A DNA stretch of 43,295 nucleotides from a virus. Its lineage: Duplodnaviria; Caudoviricetes. The translations under genes and the position numbers were made by a program. The notes below the pieces were generated by a model. The model was not told the origin of the DNA. It was given only the letters and a program-made list of their open reading frames with translations, and did not search any database. Shown piece by piece: positions 16,426 to 25,510 of the stretch (position 1 is the stretch's first letter; every line of letters begins with the position of its first letter). Location of the stretch: IMG/VR virus record IMGVR_UViG_3300025101_000050, positions 1 through 43,295 of that record; one strand, 5' to 3'.

Positions 16426-18293
16426 CTCGCTTCACCGAAGTCTTTGCCTAAAGCAACATCTACTACACTTGGAACTCTAAGTTGTACGCCACCCTCCATC
16501 ACTGTCTTTATTTTCTTAGCATGCTCTTCAGAAGAAATATTAAAACATAATTCATCATGTATTTGTAAGAGAGCCAAATCACCTTGCTCATAACAATCAA
16601 CAATGGCTTTTTTTGTTTGGTCAGCTCCTGATCCTTGAATCAATCTATTTAGAGCTTTATAAGTAAAAGCTCTTTTAATATTACTAGCACCATATTTTGC
16701 AGAAGCATTTTCAAACTTTTCAGGAGTATGAATACCAAAATCTTTTGTTTCCCACATATCAAAACGACATTTTCTTCCAAGTTTAGTTCGAATGACTCCT
16801 TCGCTGTTAGCCTTCTTCATGCATCTATCTGATAATAATTTTACAAAAGGTGCCTTGCGATTAAACTTAGCAATGAGTGCACTGGCTTCATCAAAACCTA
16901 AACCCAACATATTAGCTAATTTATTCTTACCCATTCCGTACATCAAACCTAAACCAATTGTTTTTGCCTGCTTTCTATCTATACCAACTAAGTCAGCTAC
17001 AGTCTGATGAAAGTCAGCGTCAGCTTTTGTGTAAGCTTCGACAAGCTCTTGTGATCCCTCATAACCTTCACCAATACTCGAAGCATAATGCACCACCAAA
17101 CGAGGTTCTTGTTGTGAATAATCAAAAGAACCCCATTGATGGTTTTCTTCAGGAAGAAAAAGTCCTCTGATTATCGGTCCAAATTCTTTATTGCGTGCAG
17201 GTAATTGTTGAAGATTGGGACTTGACATACTAAGACGACCACTTACAGTGCCTCCTGTATCAGAGCGTAATTGATTTATTTCGGCATGAATTCTACCTTT
17301 ATGTTCAAACTTCATTATTGAATTTAAAAATGTATTGTGAAATTTATTTATTTCTCTAGCTTGTACAATTAATTTAGAAATATCTTGATCAGAATTTATT
17401 AACCAATTCTGTGTGAAGCTTGGTTCACCACTTTTAGGAGTTTTAGGATATGAAATACCTAACTTATCAAAACCAAAAGCGATTTGTCTTGCTGCCCAAA
17501 TATCTATATCTTTCCCAACAAGTTTTTTTATTTTAAGTAAAATATCTTTTTCTTTTTCAATAAATTTTTTTTGCAAAGAAGATGCCCTTTCAACATCAAC
17601 TCGAATACCTGTTCTTCTCATCTTAATTAGTATTGGCAATAAGCGTTTTTCAAGATCCCATACAGTCTCTAAACTTTGTGAATGTATTTCATGTTTAAAC
17701 CTTTGCCATAAAAGGTAAGTGAGCCGTGCATCTTGTTCAGCGTAGTATCCAACATGTTCTGCTGGCAACATCCACATTTCAGCTTTTGGATCAACGCCAT
17801 GAGCCTGAGCTGCTTCTTTTAAATCTGTCTCTGCTTTTAACTCTCCTAAATAATCCTTAGCCAAAGCGTTTAATTTATAAGTGTATCTATTCTCATCAAT
17901 TAAAGCTCCTGCAATCATGGTATCGACAATTTCTCCTTTAACTTCGATACCATAAGCGTTAAGCCATCCAACATCATACTGGGCATTATGAAAAATTTTT
18001 CGGCAAGGTAACGAACAAATGTCATTCATATATTTCAACACTTGTTCCTTTATTAAGTTACCTCCACCGAAATGACCGAAAGGATAATAACCTTGCCATC
18101 CCTCTGTAGCGATAGCAAAGCCGATTATCTCTCCTTGGTTTGTTGCCCAACCAGCTCCTAATCCATTATTAATTCCATCATCTCTAGTTTCTAAATCTAT
18201 TGCAATTTCCTGTGCCTCGGACAAATCCTTATATTCACACGGAGCTGACCACATATGTTTTTTAAAGTTAAATGTAAGTTGCAGGCTAGTCAT
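16422..18293 (-). CDS. polA: DNA polymerase family A with 3'-5' exonuclease
   Basis: Exo motifs DLET, HNAQYD, YAEQD; pol motifs DYSQQEPR, KTIGLGLMYG, QIHDEL. Confidence 0.95.
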   Translation of the reverse strand: MTSLQLTFNFKKHMWSAPCEYKDLSEAQEIAIDLETRDDGINNGLGAGWATNQGEIIGFAIATEGWQGYYPFGHFGGGNLIKEQVLKYMNDICSLPCRKIFHNAQYDVGWLNAYGIEVKGEIVDTMIAGALIDENRYTYKLNALAKDYLGELKAETDLKEAAQAHGVDPKAEMWMLPAEHVGYYAEQDARLTYLLWQRFKHEIHSQSLETVWDLEKRLLPILIKMRRTGIRVDVERASSLQKKFIEKEKDILLKIKKLVGKDIDIWAARQIAFGFDKLGISYPKTPKSGEPSFTQNWLINSDQDISKLIVQAREINKFHNTFLNSIMKFEHKGRIHAEINQLRSDTGGTVSGRLSMSSPNLQQLPARNKEFGPIIRGLFLPEENHQWGSFDYSQQEPRLVVHYASSIGEGYEGSQELVEAYTKADADFHQTVADLVGIDRKQAKTIGLGLMYGMGKNKLANMLGLGFDEASALIAKFNRKAPFVKLLSDRCMKKANSEGVIRTKLGRKCRFDMWETKDFGIHTPEKFENASAKYGASNIKRAFTYKALNRLIQGSGADQTKKAIVDCYEQGDLALLQIHDELCFNISSEEHAKKIKTVMEGGVQLRVPSVVDVALGKDFGEAS

Positions 18294-18474
18294 TAGCAGT
18301 CTCTATTTTTTTTTTGCCAAGTTCGTCAGTTGGAACTGTTGGTAAATACACTTCGACATAGGTACCACAATTAGGACAAGATAAATTTGTAACCATGCAA
18401 AATTGATCATTCTCTTCTTCAATATCATGATCCCCACCCCAAATTAATTCTGTATCACAGTGCCAACATTTCAT
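18286..18474 (-). CDS. Zinc-ribbon protein
   Basis: CWHC...CPNC. Confidence 0.7.
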   Translation of the reverse strand: MKCWHCDTELIWGGDHDIEEENDQFCMVTNLSCPNCGTYVEVYLPTVPTDELGKKKIETAND

Positions 18475-18800
18475 TCGTAATCTCTTTCTTTTATCATCTC
18501 TAAATAGTGAATAGCTTTCTCAATGTCTTTTTTACCACCACCACCTTCTTGATTATGTCTCGATGTGTACTTAATAACATTACCTTCAGGAAATTTTAAA
18601 TTATTAACCAATATAAATTGACCAGGTTGTATGTGAAAATTTTTGTAATGCTTACTTCCTTTTTTCCAAACATCATCCTCAACAACTGTTTCATAAAAAC
18701 CTTTCCATAAATTACCAAACTTATCTAAATCGTCTGGGTCTAGTTGATCTTTATATTTTTTAAAAAAGCGTGAGAGCATGTTTGATATATCAGTTTTCAT
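18471..18800 (-). CDS. DUF3310/SaV-like protein
   Basis: HY...IQP...EGNVIKY.SR...KDIEKAIHY. Confidence 0.75.
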   Translation of the reverse strand: MKTDISNMLSRFFKKYKDQLDPDDLDKFGNLWKGFYETVVEDDVWKKGSKHYKNFHIQPGQFILVNNLKFPEGNVIKYTSRHNQEGGGGKKDIEKAIHYLEMIKERDYE

Positions 18801-19293
18801 AATAATCCCTTTCTATCTCCTCCAATAAATCTTCAAAGCGTAATTCATTTTTATCTTGTAAAAATTCCACAGTTAAAACCATTCTGATTCCATTATAATT
18901 TAAAACCATATGATCTTGTTGATTGTTTAGTAAAAACCTACTGCCAGGAAAATATTGCAGTTCAATAATCGGATGGTTTACATCAAACTCTTTTCTGAAA
19001 AAAGTGTATGAAGTATTAGGTGTATTGATCAAACAGTTTACTGTAACACCTCTATTTGAATCTTTGTGCCAGTTGTACATTGTCTGATGTTCCATTTTTA
19101 AAACACCAGCTTTATAGGGATGTCTATCATATAGCCACTTATAAAAATGATCTCTAAATAAAACTTCTTTCTCAATAGGACAAGCTGTAAAGTTAAAGTA
19201 GTTTACCCATTCAGTTTCAGGATTAAAAATTATGTCATGTAGCTCAGGACTGTAAAATTGACCCACTCGAAGTTCTTGAAAAAAAGGTTTCAT
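18790..19293 (-). CDS. Putative 2OG-Fe(II) oxygenase / cupin-fold protein
   Basis: WHKD...DHMVLN...R (HxD...H...R). Confidence 0.6.
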   Translation of the reverse strand: MKPFFQELRVGQFYSPELHDIIFNPETEWVNYFNFTACPIEKEVLFRDHFYKWLYDRHPYKAGVLKMEHQTMYNWHKDSNRGVTVNCLINTPNTSYTFFRKEFDVNHPIIELQYFPGSRFLLNNQQDHMVLNYNGIRMVLTVEFLQDKNELRFEDLLEEIERDYYEN

Positions 19294-20912
19294 TATTGCT
19301 CCTGTAAATAAATTAAATAGTCTTTTCCGATGGGATAATTAAATCGGAAATCGGTTGATAAAATATGTAAAGTATCTTTGGCTCTTGTGACGGCTGTATA
19401 ATAAACTCTTTTCTCATCTGACTTTTCTTCTTTACTTTTTTTATCATAGGTCGATGCATAGTTAGTTTTTGAATAAATCAAAACATTATTAGCTTCACCA
19501 CCTTTGACTGAATGTATTGTATCAATAATTATATTGGGATCACTTGATAATATTTTTTGACCATAATTTTTCAATAACTGAACAAAATAAGTTACCTGAT
19601 TATCTTTAAAATTTCTTTTCAAAACTTCCCACCATTTTTTCTTTAAAAAAGAATTATCCATGTCTAAGCCACACCATTCTCTCAAATCTTTTAAATCGAA
19701 CATCTGAGTCTCAGGTATATTCTGCCAAAACTTTTGTGTCCTAAAATTAAAATCTTTTAGTTCTCTTAGGTATTTATACATATTTTCTGCACTATTCCTA
19801 CTAATTTTTTTATTATTAGTAATTTTTGTCCAAGCTTTAATAGCCTCCCATTGTTTTACGTCAAAACTTTTATTACCTTTATTATCAGAAAAATATAAGC
19901 CAACATCTTTCGCACACATTCTTAATTCATTTACAGTCGAATGAATTCTACCCAAAATATACCAAGTGCCTTCTAGGCTATGAAAAGGTATTTCACTAAA
20001 ATTAAGGTATCTTTTTACGCTGCCTTTTTTAGGTAAGCAGTCATAATCTTTCTCAACACTATCAAAAATTCCTCGTCTAATGATTTGAGAAAAACGATAA
20101 ATCTCTTCACCAAACCTTCTTGTTTGTCTCAAGATAACTTTGCGACCAGGAAAATAAGTAGTAAAGTATTTTGGATCTGCTCCATTCCATTTATAGATAC
20201 CTTGGTCATCATCACCTGCTAAATAAATTTTTTTCACATTGTCCGCCATCTTATAAATTACTGACCATTGCAAAGGTGTAAAGTCCTGAGCTTCATCTAA
20301 GATTAAAATTTCAAGTGGAGGAAAATTAACTTCGTCAATTGATCTTTCAATCATATCTGTGAAGTCAATAAATGAATCTTTTTTATAGTGCTCGTAAGTG
20401 TCAATCTTTCTGAGAAAAATTTCAAGACTATCTTTTTTATAACTCTCTTTCTTATAAATTAGCTGAGGTTCTTGGAGCGTGTTCCGTGCTTTATCATACA
20501 CGCCTAATGACCAATCTTTATAATGAAAATTATCATCAGACAAACGATTATCGGATGTTTTAATTATCTTAGCTTGTAATGCATAATCAAGCATACAGTT
20601 CTTAGGATCAAAAACCTCTTCTTCAAAATAACGCCTGCAATATTTATGAAGCGTTTTAAATCGTTGAAAGTCATCTGTGGTGTATTGTGTAAAAGTTGCC
20701 AAGGCTCTGTCTCTTGCTGTATCCACTGCCTTGTTTGTAAATGAAATAAAAGCAATGTCTTTTGGGTGTATGCCTCTAGCTAAATGTTTCTTTAAAATTC
20801 TCTCAATTAAAGTGTGCGTTTTTCCAGTGCCAGGAGGACCAAAAATCTTTACTGTTTTTTTATATAAGTTCTTATGCTTTTGTATCCCTGAACTTGTCAT
20901 GATGTTCTTCAT
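19293..20912 (-). CDS. Superfamily 1 (UvrD/Rep-like) helicase
   Basis: GPPGTGKT, LDEAQD, GDDDQ.IY, TIHSVKGGE, YTAVTRAK. Confidence 0.9.
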   Translation of the reverse strand: MKNIMTSSGIQKHKNLYKKTVKIFGPPGTGKTHTLIERILKKHLARGIHPKDIAFISFTNKAVDTARDRALATFTQYTTDDFQRFKTLHKYCRRYFEEEVFDPKNCMLDYALQAKIIKTSDNRLSDDNFHYKDWSLGVYDKARNTLQEPQLIYKKESYKKDSLEIFLRKIDTYEHYKKDSFIDFTDMIERSIDEVNFPPLEILILDEAQDFTPLQWSVIYKMADNVKKIYLAGDDDQGIYKWNGADPKYFTTYFPGRKVILRQTRRFGEEIYRFSQIIRRGIFDSVEKDYDCLPKKGSVKRYLNFSEIPFHSLEGTWYILGRIHSTVNELRMCAKDVGLYFSDNKGNKSFDVKQWEAIKAWTKITNNKKISRNSAENMYKYLRELKDFNFRTQKFWQNIPETQMFDLKDLREWCGLDMDNSFLKKKWWEVLKRNFKDNQVTYFVQLLKNYGQKILSSDPNIIIDTIHSVKGGEANNVLIYSKTNYASTYDKKSKEEKSDEKRVYYTAVTRAKDTLHILSTDFRFNYPIGKDYLIYLQEQ

Positions 20913-22425
20913 CCATTTCTGTAGAATTTTTATCTTTAGGTTTTATACTTTGATGACTCACAAAATCAGGCATATCAACAAACCATACATTTTTTTCACC
21001 TTCTTTATAATCGGCTCTTTTACATCCTAACATTCGTAAAGCGTCAGCCGTGGTATTAAATGTTCGAGCTGCATTCTTTTTCAAAAATCTATCAAGAGTT
21101 AGTTTTTTAAAATAACAAGTGTTTGTCTTTGAGTCTAAGACCACATAGCCATCTTTTAATTTTTCAAACTTATCCTGTTCAATATGTGACTCAAAGAAAT
21201 CTTTCAGGACAGAATAGCGTTCCTCTTCGACAGTGTCCGTGTATTGATGGTCTGTGGATTCTTCTGATTTATCGACAATAGTTTTCATAAGTAATTCAAA
21301 GGGACTAGGACCTTTTCTTGGTTTCGGTAAAGTCAACCAATATACTCTGTGTCGAAGTAGCTTTACTCTAAATGCTTTTTCATCTTTCATATCCTCAGGA
21401 GTAACACTAATTCTTTGACCTTTATAATCAAACTCATACCAAATGTTTTTTGTATCTTGTATGTAATTAATGTTCTCAAAAAATTCTATGATCTCAGGAA
21501 CAGCCTCACCAATTCCTAAGCGTCTTGTTTTACATAATTCTTTATTACAGATTGGATTATACTCAGGATGTTTTGGAGGGCATTGAAATTCATAACCACC
21601 TTTATGCACTGATTTTGTTAATTGAGATACTTCGTTTTTGCCTAAAGGTTTTGTAAAAATATTTGTGTTTCTATGCTGAGCAATTTCTTCAAGTTGTTGT
21701 AATGTTAATGCAGAATTCTTTTTCATCTCTAAAACAAGTACATTAAACAGAAAATTGTTTCTGTTATTACCACTCCATCCCTCTTGTATTAATTTTTGTA
21801 CACAAGGAGGATAATGTTTCCACTCACTTTCAGCTTCATACTCTTCAACTTTTAATTCAAAAAATTTCTTAGGTTCTATCATTTGCTTTTTAGCAAGTTG
21901 AATAAATCTACCAATCATTACAGGAGTATTGTTTTCATCAAAAGCAAATTCCATAGAAGCATTCATATTATGATAAGGCATATTCACTGCTTTATTACAT
22001 GGAAAAATTTCTTGAGCTAAAAAATATTGTTCGTTTATTTCAGATAATTTATCAGTGACTTTTTTTACATCAGCCATTTCTGTAAAAAAAATAAAAATGT
22101 GCAAGCCCCCTGATTTTGATTTTACTGGCACAAAAGGCAATTTATATTTCTTAATTATTTGTACATACTTTTTTTCTGAATAATCTTTATAATTGTTGGG
22201 ATCAACATCGATGCAACCCCATTTACATTTATCATCAATTTCAGGTTTTAAACCTAATCTTATTTTTCCATCAAGGTGTTGACTCCAAATATCAGCCGTC
22301 ACTGATTCGTGGATCGTGGCGTAGTGAGCTTGTTTCTTGCCTCTCTCATCGTCCTCCCCTGTAAGGGAGGACTTGAGGTAGCGAGAATTGTCACTAGTAA
22401 ACAATTCAAGAAGTTGTTCCTTCAT
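20872..22425 (-). CDS. AEP-superfamily primase-like protein
   Basis: IDVD, SKSGGLH, PPC...RNN.LF helical domain, Cys cluster; no P-loop. Confidence 0.75.
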   Translation of the reverse strand: MKEQLLELFTSDNSRYLKSSLTGEDDERGKKQAHYATIHESVTADIWSQHLDGKIRLGLKPEIDDKCKWGCIDVDPNNYKDYSEKKYVQIIKKYKLPFVPVKSKSGGLHIFIFFTEMADVKKVTDKLSEINEQYFLAQEIFPCNKAVNMPYHNMNASMEFAFDENNTPVMIGRFIQLAKKQMIEPKKFFELKVEEYEAESEWKHYPPCVQKLIQEGWSGNNRNNFLFNVLVLEMKKNSALTLQQLEEIAQHRNTNIFTKPLGKNEVSQLTKSVHKGGYEFQCPPKHPEYNPICNKELCKTRRLGIGEAVPEIIEFFENINYIQDTKNIWYEFDYKGQRISVTPEDMKDEKAFRVKLLRHRVYWLTLPKPRKGPSPFELLMKTIVDKSEESTDHQYTDTVEEERYSVLKDFFESHIEQDKFEKLKDGYVVLDSKTNTCYFKKLTLDRFLKKNAARTFNTTADALRMLGCKRADYKEGEKNVWFVDMPDFVSHQSIKPKDKNSTEMDEEHHDKFRDTKA

Positions 22426-23252
22426 TAGAAAGGAACATCTGAATTAGCATCAGCTTGTTGAGCTGGTTGCTGAACAGATTCTGTGCTTGTTTTTTTATTT
22501 TCTTCTTCAAATGCAACAGTCCCAAAAATATCAGAAGTCTTCGCACTTTTATAAAAAGCATTTAACACCTCTAAAGTATTAAGGTTGCTGTCAGGACTCA
22601 ACATTTTTTCAAACTCGACAACCCATCCGTACCATGAGTTTTGAGAGTTTGATTCTTTGGTTGTTGTTAATTTATAAACTTGACTCCAAGAAGGTGGGCA
22701 GTAAAATCCGTTAGATCCTTTTACTCTTCTTGATTGAAGCATTGAATTCCACAACTTAGATTTCTTTTTTTGTGTAGACTTCATTGTAATCAACGCTGTC
22801 TCAACAGGTGCATAATTTTTATCAAGTATGTAAACAAAATGATTTCCTGTATCCTCAACATAATTACCATTTTCTAATCTATCTTTTCCATCATCGGATC
22901 GAGATGTTTTTCTCATGATGTCATAGTCTCTATGAATAGCAATCGGTCTGCCAGGTGAATCACCTCTGTCTTTCCACTCATTAAAAGTATTTACATAGAG
23001 ACAAGGTACAACTAATACACCATCTTTACCTTTATATAAATTTCCAGTGATCTCATTATAAATATCACCTTGTCTTGCTTTATCATTAAACTTACCATCA
23101 CTCTCATCGAGGACTGGTGAATTAGAATAAAGTATTTTTAAAATTGGTAATTTAGTGTCACGAGCTGTAACAAATTCATTACCTTGATCGGCATGTTCCT
23201 CTAGATTAAATTTTTGTGGAACATTATTTTTTTTTTCTGTAACTTGGTTCAT
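22425..23252 (-). CDS. Putative single-stranded DNA-binding protein
   Basis: Replication module position; aromatic beta-rich core and C-terminal DVPF tail. Confidence 0.6.
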   Translation of the reverse strand: MNQVTEKKNNVPQKFNLEEHADQGNEFVTARDTKLPILKILYSNSPVLDESDGKFNDKARQGDIYNEITGNLYKGKDGVLVVPCLYVNTFNEWKDRGDSPGRPIAIHRDYDIMRKTSRSDDGKDRLENGNYVEDTGNHFVYILDKNYAPVETALITMKSTQKKKSKLWNSMLQSRRVKGSNGFYCPPSWSQVYKLTTTKESNSQNSWYGWVVEFEKMLSPDSNLNTLEVLNAFYKSAKTSDIFGTVAFEEENKKTSTESVQQPAQQADANSDVPF

Positions 23253-23254
23253 GA

Positions 23255-23806
23255 TTACTCCTTCTTTTTAATTGTTGTTTGGTTAGTTACAAATACTGAA
23301 AACAAATCAGTTGGAACATTTTGACCTCTTTGTAATTTTTCTCTCACAAAAGCTTTCAACGTGTTTGGTTCAACTTTTTCGTTTTGGCTCACATTGTATC
23401 CTTGTTCTTGTAAATTTTCAAAAAGTTTTTTAGCATCGCTGTCTTCTGCTCTGCCAAAATTCAAAGACACAATATTTTTAATCAGATCACCTGCACCATT
23501 TTCTCGAAGCCATTCAAACGCTTCTTGCTTTCGAGTATCGCTTGGCATGCGAGCTGAATAAATTGGTTTTACATCAACAGTTGAACCATCGGATAATTTT
23601 AACATGGTCACACCTGCCTCTGCCATAGCCTTCGGAATTTCATTTGTTGCTAAGATTTTCTCGTCCTTTTTTAGATTAGCAAGATTCGCTTCGCATTTTT
23701 CAATTTGTTTCCGAGTGGCTAATAACTCATTGCACTTACTAGCTATGTCAACTGTAAGGCTCGTATCTACATTTACTGTAGCTTCTTTTTCTAAGTCCAT
23801 AAGCAC
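23255..23806 (-). CDS. Conserved replication-module hypothetical protein
   Basis: AFEWLRENG.GDLIKN...VEPNTLKAFVRE; AGGAG SD. Confidence 0.65.
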   Translation of the reverse strand: MLMDLEKEATVNVDTSLTVDIASKCNELLATRKQIEKCEANLANLKKDEKILATNEIPKAMAEAGVTMLKLSDGSTVDVKPIYSARMPSDTRKQEAFEWLRENGAGDLIKNIVSLNFGRAEDSDAKKLFENLQEQGYNVSQNEKVEPNTLKAFVREKLQRGQNVPTDLFSVFVTNQTTIKKKE

Positions 23807-23949
23807 TCCTTATTTTTAAAAGTTATACCTACACTTACATCAGATAATTATTTCCGTCAAGAAAAAATGTGATTAGCAATTAATTTATAAAAAAAATAAA
23901 AAAAGAAAGCAATAAAATCAATGACTTATAAAAAAATGAAAAAAAGGTG

Positions 23950-24025
23950 TTGTATCACATGTTGGATGTGATATTGTATTAGTGTGAGAAAATAAATTTT
24001 CACACTTACACGGAGAAAAAATATG
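23950..24025 (+). promoter_or_regulatory. Early promoter + palindrome + 5' hairpin + SD leader, copy 2
   Basis: TTGTAT-N16-TATTGT, ATCACAT-N5-ATGTGAT, AGTGTGA/TCACACT hairpin, ACGGAG SD. Confidence 0.8.
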
Positions 24026-24550
24026 CATTTAGATTTATTATTTAAAGTAACTGTTGAAACATCCAAGAGAGTAGTGACAACCAAGGATGACAGCAGATTA
24101 ATTACACCAACTAAAATATTTTATTTTATAAATAGTGAGTATGCAGCTCACTTTGTAACTAGGCTTAGTCACAAGGTTAAGTATTACAATGAAGTTAAAA
24201 AAGTATCTATGGATACTGTTTGGAAATTTGATGTTAAAGATCATATGAAAGATTGGATCAGAGTTAACACTAGCCAGGCAGTAGCTGAGTGGTGTGTTCA
24301 TTATGGTCTTGAGAACTATGGAGATAAATCTGCGTTCTCTATCTTCGTAGATAAATTAATTGATAAGTATTCTCGTGTGATCAAGTTAAGACAGGGATAC
24401 AAAAATGTATCTAAAAGAAAATGGTACACTTGGTTCTTACAGAAGAGATTACCAAGGTCTTTGTATGGATCTAGGTCAGAGTTGTTTAGTGAAAACTCTA
24501 GGGCTAAGGTTGAAGAACTTAAATCTTGGGCAACAAGTTTGCAGAGATAA
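24023..24550 (+). CDS. Hypothetical early protein (175 aa)
   Basis: First gene after promoter leader. Confidence 0.7.
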   Translation: MHLDLLFKVTVETSKRVVTTKDDSRLITPTKIFYFINSEYAAHFVTRLSHKVKYYNEVKKVSMDTVWKFDVKDHMKDWIRVNTSQAVAEWCVHYGLENYGDKSAFSIFVDKLIDKYSRVIKLRQGYKNVSKRKWYTWFLQKRLPRSLYGSRSELFSENSRAKVEELKSWATSLQR

Positions 24551-24564
24551 TACTAACCAATCAG

Positions 24565-24618
24565 ATGGTCAAGAGGGAGTACCAAAAATCTCCCTCAACT
24601 TTTACGGAGAAAAAAATG
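24565..24618 (+). repeat. Pseudoknot-SD leader, copy C
   Basis: UGGU-CAA-GAGGGAG-U-ACCA-AAAAU-CUCCCUC-19 nt-AUG. Confidence 0.85.
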
Positions 24619-25500
24619 AAACTTACTTATACACAAAAAGAACTTAATTCAGTGCTTGATGAAATTCTTAATCTTATGAAAACTGAAGGCACTAATTGGG
24701 TCAAAGGTTGGTCATCAAAAATTGCAAGTGGCTTTCCTGTAAATGCAAAAACTAAAAAAACTTATCAAGGTATAAATTTACTTAGTTTGTCTTTGACTGC
24801 TTACAAAGAAGGTTACACTTCTAACGAGTGGGCAACTTACAATCAATGGAAATCTATCAATGAAGATTTCAAAATTAAAAAGGGTGCTGTCACTATTTTC
24901 TTTTGGGGTCAGAAAGATGTCGAGTCAGAAATTCTTGATGACAATGGTAAGCCAAAAAGAAAAACAATTTGGTTTTTAAAAGCTAGTAAAGTTTTTAATG
25001 CCGATTTAGTTGAAGGCTATCAATCAAAAAAAGTTGAGACTGTTAAGAAAACACCTTTACAAATTTCTGAGTCTTTTAACTCTTTTGTCAAAAATACAAA
25101 CGCTGATATTAGACATCTTGGTGGTCGTGCTTTTTATCATACAACTGCCGACTATATTCAAGTGCCAAATTTAAGTGACTTCAATACAGCCGAAGATTAT
25201 TATGGAACTGTTTTACATGAATTGGTTCATTGGACAGGACATAAAAATCGTTTAGAAAGAAATTTCAAATCTGACAAAGAGAGTTATGCTTTTGAAGAAT
25301 TAGTAGCTGAGACAGGTTCTGCATTATTAATGAGTGTTTTAGGTTTATCACCAAGACCAAGAAAAGATCACGCTCAATATCTTAATGGTTGGATGAAAGC
25401 AATTAAGAATGAACCTAAAGCAATCTTTAAAGCTTTTTCAAAAGCAACTCAAGCTCTAGACTTTATATTAAACCTACAAGAAAAAAAGGAGGTGGCGTAA
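24616..25500 (+). CDS. ardC: ArdC-family antirestriction protein (ssDNA-binding domain + zincin-like domain; start revised from 24526)
   Basis: W...W...P.N..T...YQGIN..L...WATYNQW; AFY...D.I..P; YYGTVLHELVHWTGH..RL.R; YAFEELVAE.GSA. Confidence 0.9.
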   Translation: MKLTYTQKELNSVLDEILNLMKTEGTNWVKGWSSKIASGFPVNAKTKKTYQGINLLSLSLTAYKEGYTSNEWATYNQWKSINEDFKIKKGAVTIFFWGQKDVESEILDDNGKPKRKTIWFLKASKVFNADLVEGYQSKKVETVKKTPLQISESFNSFVKNTNADIRHLGGRAFYHTTADYIQVPNLSDFNTAEDYYGTVLHELVHWTGHKNRLERNFKSDKESYAFEELVAETGSALLMSVLGLSPRPRKDHAQYLNGWMKAIKNEPKAIFKAFSKATQALDFILNLQEKKEVA

Positions 25501-25510
25501 TTTATTTATG

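Noticed and set aside
16422-18293. HMO-2011-type primase-polymerase fusion
   Set aside because: PolA begins with the exonuclease domain and the primase is a separate gene
23983-24004. TGTGA...TCACA as a CRP site
   Set aside because: Spacing is N12 here and N17 at 15.8 kb rather than N6; flanks covary as an RNA hairpin would
24565-24618. Pseudoknot as a SAM-II/SAM-V or preQ1 riboswitch
   Set aside because: I do not see the conserved ligand-binding nucleotides, the SD is outside the stems, and the downstream genes are unrelated to those metabolites; an Rfam scan is still needed
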